A stretch of 64,000 nt of DNA from Octopus vulgaris (Eukaryota). Below are positions 55,237 through 64,000 of the stretch, piece after piece. The position numbers and the translations under genes are program-made. The notes under the pieces were generated by a model. The model ran no database searches, was not told the DNA's origin, and worked only from the letters and a program-made list of their open reading frames with translations. The DNA is taken from assembly GCA_951406725.2 (NCBI GenBank), contig OX597828.1:10912001-10976000 (forward strand), in the 5' to 3' direction. Each line of letters starts with the position of its first letter. Positions within the stretch are counted from its first letter, which is position 1.

Positions 55237-55330
55237 GTATGAGGCTTTGGTTGGCCCGAGGTGACACGCAGTGAGAATGAACCCGGAACCATGTGGTTGA
55301 GAAGCAAGCTCCATACCTCACAGCCACACT
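54940..55330 (-). mobile_element. SINE family B (highly diverged)
   Basis: gaggctttggttggcccgagg...gaacccggaaccatgtggttg...cacagccac. Confidence 0.65.
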
Positions 55331-55385
55331 TACAAACACACATACACACACGCACAAATATATATATACATATATACACACACAA

Positions 55386-55476
<91 letters not shown>

Positions 55477-55778
55477 TACGGAATGCTGGTACCCCTTGAG
55501 TATTTTAAAGAGTGTTTTGTTTTCTTTAAATTTGCATGAGAAATATTACAGCTATAGTAGTTATGATGTATTTCTTGAATGAGTTGAATGTTATCTCAGC
55601 GACTCTCCTCTTCTGAACACTCAACTGCTAAAAAAAAAGCCTGTCAGATTATATACAACTCAATGTATTTGATAGATAAATTGCTTGATATACATATGTA
55701 AATAATGATGGTGGTGGATAAATCAATATGTAGATTCAAAGATTGGTAAACATTTTCGGGATGTTTTTTGTAGAAGCA

Positions 55779-55892
55779 AGGCGGCGAGCTGGCAGAAACG
55801 TTAGCACGCCGGGCGAAATGTTTAGCTGTATTTCATTTGTCTTTAAGTTGTTGAGCTCAAATTCCGTCGAGGTCGACTTTGCTTTTCATCCT
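55779..55892 (+). mobile_element. SINE family A, 3'-truncated
   Basis: ggcggcgagctggcagaaacgttagc...gcttttcatcc. Confidence 0.82.
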
Positions 55893-56676
55893 TATATTGC
55901 TCTTTGTGATGCAGGTAGTGATGGTGGTGGTGCTGGTGGTGGTGGTGGTGGTAGTAGTAGTAGTAGTAGTAATTTCCTTTTTCTTGGGTCTAATATTGAA
56001 GAGATGATATATTCAACTATTTCTAGGGCGTGAATATCCGGATTATGAATGGATGTCAAAGATTCTATTATCTGTTGTGCCTAATTTTCAGACTTCAGGG
56101 TGAGAATTATTGGATATTTGGCTGCTGTCTCAATAAAATAAAATAATCATACAAGAGAATCTTCGTTCACCTACCAAGATCCCATTGTATTCTCTGGTTG
56201 AATCCCTTTCCGAATACTTCTAAGATGTTGAACAAATTTTGAGAAACTTAAGGTTATGTTGTCGCTAAGTACTAAGTCAGCGTTGATTAAACAAACGTAT
56301 GGTTAATGACGCTGCAGATATGACCACCCTGTTTATATAAATATCTTGAAATATGTGATGCAACGTTTCTTTCCTTTTTGCTAATGGTAGTGTATAACCA
56401 GAGGAAGATTTGGCTCCACCGATTTCTAGAGATTGAACGCGTATAAAGAAGTTCTCTCGTTGGCTCTCCACACTTGAGTTAAAGGTAGGCCTTCAAATTC
56501 AGTTGTGTATTGGGTATTATATGTTAAAACTAACACACAACTCGTGAATGCATAGATTGACTGGTTTCAGTTGAACATGGTGTCCATATGAGATTTAAAA
56601 ATGATGAAACAAGGAAAGAATGATATAGCCTCAACCAGGAATTGAAACCGAACACTATAAACATTGAATTACTCTG

Positions 56677-57088
56677 ACTCTTTACTATTTTACTTGTTTC
56701 AGTCATTTGACTGTGGCCATGCTGGATCACCACGTTTAGTCGAGCAAATTGACCCCAGGACTTATTCTTTGTAAGCCTAGTACTTATTCTATCGACCTAT
56801 TTTGCCGAACGGCTAAGTTACGGGGACGTAGACACAGCAGCATCGGTTGTCAAGCGATGTTGGGAGGACAAACACAAACACACAAACATATACATACACA
56901 TACATATATATATATACATATATACGACGGGCTTCTTTCAGTTTCCGTCTACCAAATCCACTCACAAGGCTTTGGTCGGCCCGAGGCTATAGTAGAAGAC
57001 ACTTGCCCAAGTTGCCACGTAGTGGGACTGAACCCTGAACCATGTGGTTGGTAAGCAAACTACTTACCACACAGCTACTCCTACGCCT
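56677..57088 (-). mobile_element. SINE family B, full length
   Basis: Reverse complement of the family consensus. Confidence 0.92.
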
Positions 57089-57197
57089 ATGTTCACATTT
57101 AATGTATAACGCTATCTAGTTCGATCAGAGACGTCTGTAAATGATTTCCATAAATCGATCAGGTTTATACACACACACATACGGATAGATAGATGAC

Positions 57198-57279
<82 letters not shown>

Positions 57280-58523
57280 GTAGATAGATAGACAGACCGG
57301 CAGGCAGACAGACATACTGATGACAGATAGATATTTAATAGCGACATAGGCAGTATTATCACTGAATAACAACCTTAAATCTTACTTGATGTAGATGCAT
57401 TATAGGAGTTGCGTAATACTGCATTATTCGCGCTGGGAAAGTGTCTCGAATTGGCGTCTAGTGCGTGAAAGCATGGTGCGGTCGGTAGAGAAATGTTCAT
57501 ACCACTTGCGGAACCCTTCTATCACGCGAATACGGTGTTTTGGGCCTCGTCAGCTTTGTGCTGCATGATCTAACATTTGAAAATACGGGTCACTCACGCT
57601 GTTTATTTTACAATATTTAAGAAACCTTATTCGAGATTTATGCACACGCACACACCACACACAAATACACGCACGCATACAAATATACACATACAAACAC
57701 GCAAGGTAGATTTTCCAAGCAAGTCTTTCTCACAAATTCCACCCACATAGTATTAGTCAACTGAAGGTTATTTTAGAACACGATACGTTATGCTACTGCT
57801 CAGTGAACCACGATCCACAAGGTTTTGGAACGAATATCTTAACCCTACCGTCATTCCTACATTGCCATAGCATATTCACTAAGTTTGTATAACACCCTTG
57901 CTTTACCAAATATGTAATATTTAGGGTGTACCTAAATAGAAATGGCTTCCGTGTGAATTGAAAACATTTAAGAGATTTTGACTAGCTAGGCGCCTAACTC
58001 TACACTACGGCACTGGCCACACAAACAGTAGTCGTAAATATATTGCCTGGTGTCATGTTTAACGTTTTAGAATTTGCTTCAATCTAAATACATTCCATTC
58101 TCTTTCTTCTCTGTACGTTATCACAATTCTGCGAGCAACGCTCATTAACACTCAAGCCTCGCATTGTATAAAGAATCTTCTTATTTGTATTCACCAGATG
58201 TTAGACGTATGAAGTATCTTATTCATTAGTCCGCATTTGATAATATAGTAGAGTAATTAGCGTCAACATATTCCAGTCAAGTACTCTGGAATGGAAACAG
58301 AAATACGAAGCTAATCAGCAACAAACCTAAACGAGTCTTTCAAACGATGGAATAAATCCTTCACCAATAAACGAAAATATTTGACAAGAAAATGCTTTAA
58401 TTTTCAAATCATTTTTATATAATTAAACTGAATTCTTTAATAGGTAAAATAATGTGTTTTATATTTTTACGGAGGAGATAGATGATTTAGTTAAATCTTT
58501 TTCCTTATAATATTACTGGTACT

Positions 58524-58740
58524 GAGGCGGAGAGATGGTAGAATCGTTAACGAATTGGACAAAGTATTTAGTAGTATATCTTCTGGCTCTTTTACGTTCT
58601 GGGTTCAAATTCCGCTGAAGTCGATTATGCTTTCAACCTTTCGGGGTCGATAAAGTATCATTTGAACACAGGGGCCAATGTAATCAACTAATCCACGCCC
58701 ATAAAAAATTGCCGGCATTTTGCCAAAATATGAATCATTA
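58524..58740 (+). mobile_element. SINE family A (diverged) with 13-bp TSD
   Basis: TSD tattactggtact at 58511-58523 and 58741-58753. Confidence 0.82.
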
Positions 58741-59921
58741 TATTACTGGTACTAAAAACGTATTGATTTCAAAATGATGGAAAGTAAACACAGCGTCAAC
58801 GTTATTTAAGCGAACAATATAGAACAATGAAACTTAATACGTCGATACATTTAGTCCGTGTATATTTGATAATCTGATATAAACTATTATAAATATAATA
58901 AACAAATGTAATTATCTATAATATTATTCTGTTTGTCGCGATATATGTTCAACTGTAACATTCTCAAATAGAAATAAATCTCGTGTTGACCTCTATCAAT
59001 ATTTTTATTTGTGGTAGTCAGACAGGCAGATAGTGAGAGAGCAAGGAAAGGGTGAAGAGGTAAGTTATGATAGAGAGATGTGACAACAGTCAGAGAGAGA
59101 GAAAGAGAGAGAGAGGAGGGAGGAGAGAATGAAATGTGTAGTTATGCATATTGTTACTAATACAATAATAATTTTTCAATAACCTCAGTCGGTTGTCTAG
59201 CTCATTATCATAAATTTCTTTAACATAAGGAAACGTTGTTATGAACTATAAAATTTATGCATCAAAATAAAAATAAGAAAAATTACAGAAATTTCTACGA
59301 GTCTCGCTAGTAAATATAACAGTGTTTGTATGTGTGTATTTATGCATATATCACAGTTTCTATGTGTTTGTGATTAAATAGGTTGTAACTATGTTATATT
59401 ATTAACTCCACAACATACATTTCAAATAATTGATACACTTGCAATTTTCATTTTTTCGTGCATAATAAGAGTGCTGAGCTTTATACTTTAGGTTTAAAGA
59501 TCCAGAGGCGGATTATATTGCCTATTAAAGAATAAACGCAATGAATGCAGCCGGATTTCAATATTTTTCTAGTTTTCGGTCATGGAAATTGATTAAGTCA
59601 CACCATAACAACGGATGTCTCAACTCAGTGGTAATCGGCAACCAGGAAATAAAAACAGAAAAGCTTAAATCGTGTTAATGAGTGTATTCTTTAATTGCTA
59701 AAATTATGGGTTTTTAGGGCCAACCATTATAAAGGTATGCTGACCGCTGTGGTCAAAGAGCTGACAATTCGAAACTGATGTGTATCAGAAAATGTAGAAG
59801 GCTGCTTCATTATGGCATAGGTTTCTCTGCTCGAATTTTCCTATTTAAAACGTGACATCCTGGACCACGTCAGGAGAAGGGCCATCTGGTTCCTTGGCAT
59901 TCCATTATTCAGAGAGACACT

Positions 59922-60138
59922 AAGGCGTCGAGCTGGCAGAAACGTTAGCACGCCGGGCGAAATGCTCAGTGGCATTTCGTCTGTCTTTACGTTCTGAGTT
60001 CAAATTCCGCCGAGGTCGACTTTGTATTTCATCCTTTCGGGGTCAATAAATTAATTACCAGTTGCGTACTGGGGCCGATCTAATCGACAGCCCCCTCCTC
60101 CAAAATTTCGGGTATTATGCCTAGGGTAGAAAAGATTA
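59922..60138 (+). mobile_element. SINE family A monomer, alternative tail
   Basis: Head and core intact; flanking repeat agagacact. Confidence 0.88.
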
Positions 60139-60537
60139 TTAGAGACACTCAAATATCTGGTATAATGGCGCACTGATTTGCTGTCATTTTTCTCCCCCTT
60201 ATATGTCTCTATTAAACTGGTCTCTACTCCTTGGAACTCACTGCTTTCGTACAGCCGTAACTCAGGCACCCCTCTTTCTCGACCTCTCATCACATTTCTA
60301 GTGTGCAAACTGCCTTTCCCGCGCTAACCACTCTCCTTCATCTTTCTTAGAACACCGGCTCTCTAGAGTCTCCCCACGCTGTTCTCGTTTTTCCACCAGG
60401 TGATGGCATGCAATAGTATAAACGGAATATTAATGGATTCGATCTCACCAGTCTCGGTCGTCCTGATAGAGCTATGGGTTCTGCTTCACTTCCTACACTA
60501 AATACATGCACACACACGAACACATATATATTTTATG

Positions 60538-60595
<58 letters not shown>

Positions 60596-61668
60596 CATAC
60601 ACATATACATACACGCCATGATAGATCGTTAGCCACTACACATTTTTTCTCTCCTTGATTTTTTTGTCAACTCTACCTATGTGTATATATAAATTAAATT
60701 AGAGATAAAACCACTATTAGGCAAATCAAACAGTGAAAAACATAAACTAAAACATATAAATAAAAATAATTAATATAATATACAAAAAATATAAAAATAC
60801 AAAATTTGAAATTTAAATTATTTAAATTTAAAGTTGAAAATTTAAAATTATTAATTAATTTTTATAAATTTATATATATATATATTTATTTATTTTTATT
60901 TTTATTTTTTATTTATTTATTTATTTAATTTTTAAAAAAATATATATAACTATCAAAAAGTATTAAAAGTTTAATATAAGATAATACATATATATATATA
61001 TGTATGTACTCGGTTTCCTGTGCTCAATAGGCTAGGTCTCATGTTGTCGCGTCGTGGGACTCAATCTGAAATTATGCGGGGTTAGGCGGCAAACTTCGAT
61101 CCACACAGCTTCACCTGCACTTAACGTTGGAGCTTCTAAGTCTCCCTAGCATTAAGAAGTAACTGCCAAACTTCCCTCAAATATCACCAACGTATTTTTG
61201 AAAAGATACATTAAATAACAAACTTCACTGGTTAAGTAAAAAAAAAAATATGGGAGTAGAGTGGTTGGAATACCTTTGATCATAGATTTGCCTTTTCACA
61301 GATTGCCTGGGGCCCGCCAACGATAACAACGGCGAACATAAATACACACGGACAGATAGATAGTTACATAGACACAGAGATACACACATGCGTGTGTATT
61401 TGTGTGTGTGTTTGTGGGTGTGGGTGTGTGTATGTGTATGTTTGTGTGTGTCCATTGTACACACACTTTTTTTTATTATTGCTGCGTTTCTTTTCTCGAC
61501 AACATAATTATTTCATTCTTTACCTCTCTGCTTATAATTTAAAATGCGCACAAACACACACATGCATATGTGTGTGTATATATATATGTATATATATATA
61601 TATATATATAAATATATATATATATATGTGTATATATATGTGTGTATGTATGTATGTATGTATGTATG

Positions 61669-62120
<452 letters not shown>

Positions 62121-62264
62121 TAGCATGTATATATACATATATATGTTAAACACACACAGACACACATATATATATATATATATTAGCAAAAATCTACACA
62201 TGTATATGTGCGTGTCATACACATACACATAAATAAACAAATGTAGACAATTGCACAGATAGAT

Positions 62265-62321
<57 letters not shown>

Positions 62322-62834
62322 CAGATAGATAGACAGCTCAAGAGAAAGAGAGAGAGACACACACACACAGAAAGTGATTCGACTCGACTGTTGCAAATGG
62401 CTAGGACACTAAATTGACTGCTACGTTAAATTTCAATACTATGTTTAAAATCAGTATATGATAACATTTCTCCCACTGCGCTAATAGTGCAACCCAATTT
62501 CAATCTAACACCATCTAGATGAAGTGGACTCAATGTGATTGATCGTTGTTCGATAGAAGAAAATAATCAAAAAGAAATATAATAGAGGAGTAATGAGTTC
62601 TAACATTGGCGGAATGCCACGCATTTTTAGTGAAAGGGCAGAGTCGATTGAATTAACAACCATTAACAACAGGTACTTTATTTTATCTACACATGAGGAA
62701 TGAGTCAATGAGGGAGTCGGCACGTGGTCACTTGATTTTGCAAGAAATAACAGTCAAATATCTTTCGAAACCTACCCAATTGTCTTGGAAATGAGCTAAA
62801 TTCAATAACGTTGACCGCTATCGTTTATAAATGA

Positions 62835-63140
62835 AGACGCATGTTTCAGTGGTTAGAGTGTCGGGCTCACAATCATGAGGTAGTGAGTTCGAATCTCCGA
62901 CTGGGCTGTGTGTTTTGCTCTTGAGCACGACACTTATTTCACGTCGATTCAGTTCACTAAGATGTGCAAATGACTTACGCCGTTACTGGTGCCAAACTGA
63001 ACAGGTCATTGTCTAACCTTTGGTTAACCTCGGTGTCGTGGAGAGGAGAGGCTGGTATCCATGGGCAACTACCAACTTCCATAAACAGGCCTGTCCGGTG
63101 CAATCCTATGGTCATTCAAGACTGAAAAGGTGTTTCTTTT
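62835..63140 (+). mobile_element. SINE family C-related (diverged)
   Basis: cagtggttagagtgtcgggctcacaatcatgaggtagtgagttcgaatct head, then cttgagcacgacactt. Confidence 0.65.
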
Positions 63141-63189
63141 TAATCGTTTATAAAGCGACTGTTAATAAAACGAAGTCTTTATAGTTTGA

Positions 63190-63522
63190 GATCGATACTT
63201 TATTTCCTCGACCGCGGAGGAATGGATGGCAAAATTGGTTTCAGCGCAATTTGAACAAAGAACCGAGCGAGCGAACTGGAAGAAATACTTCTGCACATTT
63301 CGTCCAGCGTGCTGAAGATTCTGCCAGCTCACCGCAATTACGCTTCCATTACGGATACTGATTTGAAATTTTTGTAAAAGGCCAGCAATTTCGGGGCATA
63401 GGTTATATCGATTACGTCAACCCTAGTGTTTAACTGGTATTTATATTACTGACCGCGAAAAGGCGATAGGCAAAATCTGCCCCAGTCGCATTTGAAACCT
63501 GAACGTAAAGACGGACGAATGC

Positions 63523-63525
<3 letters not shown>
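63190..63525 (-). mobile_element. Two adjacent diverged SINE family A copies
   Basis: Contain ttctgccagctcaccgc and aactggtattta...gaacgtaaagacggacgaa. Confidence 0.65.
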
Positions 63526-63571
<46 letters not shown>

Positions 63572-63574
<3 letters not shown>

Positions 63575-64000
63575 GGTGCAGTGAATAATCTGTCGTCTAA
63601 TTTACGCAAAAAGGAAAATAAAACTAACATGTTATTTTAACAGATATATCAACCAAAATTACATAAAAAATATCTTGAAATACTCAAAGAGTAAATTTAT
63701 TCAGGAAAATCGCTATCGGCTTCTACCACGGCCTCCAGACGACTCCGGGTTCTCCTGCAACTCGTCTGGACGGTCTTCTTGTTTACGTTGGTGAATGCTG
63801 CCATAATCTTTGCCCTCAGTTCATGTTTGTTGTTAAGAGGAGTGTTGTTTGTCTCTCGCTCAACTGCGCCCTACACATAATGATGAAGTAGGTTGCAGTC
63901 TTGGAAGTTAGGGATGATGTGGGATCAGAAATGGTCTGACAACCGTGACTGGGTTCTCCTCCATATGTGGCATGGTACAGAGTCCCGTTACCAGGCACAG
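63572..64000 (-). pseudogene. Tc1/mariner-superfamily transposon 3' end with decayed transposase C-terminus (cut by window edge)
   Basis: TA-cagggtgc terminus next to (TA)n. Minus strand reads W*RDSVPCH...PNFQDCNLLHHYV*GAVE...ELRAKIMAAF...RSRLEAVVEADSDFPE* (compare QQDSAPCH / SPDCNPLDY..WG). Confidence 0.85.

Noticed and set aside
57530-57556. Hammerhead-like ctgacgaggcccaaaac on the minus strand
   Set aside because: No stem II, no GAAA and no convincing stem I.

Overview
AT-rich, microsatellite-saturated eukaryotic DNA that looks intergenic or intronic. The repeat content suggests a cephalopod (Octopus-like) genome, but this is inference from recalled repeat patterns, not a database match. 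I find no credible intact protein-coding gene; nearly all ORFs in the track are translations of simple repeats. The window is a mosaic of: (i) three tRNA-headed SINE-like families, one forming head-to-tail multimers and one with an internal microsatellite; (ii) six copies of a 415-490 bp MITE with 29-bp GG...CC TIRs and 8-bp TSDs, five with an internal (TTAGGG)n tract and one rearranged into a fold-back; (iii) decayed Tc1/mariner transposases and small TA-flanked MITEs; (iv) a decayed restriction-like-endonuclease (R4/Dong-like) LINE in (ACAT)n and a decayed CCHC-knuckle LINE ORF1; (v) a ~1.6 kb near-identical tandem duplication; (vi) long palindromes. The most notable signal is six minimal type I hammerhead-ribozyme motifs from five different sequence contexts. 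Four lie within 1.4 kb among (TA)n tracts, and one sits downstream of a tRNA-like head. Coordinates were counted by eye and may be off by a few bases.
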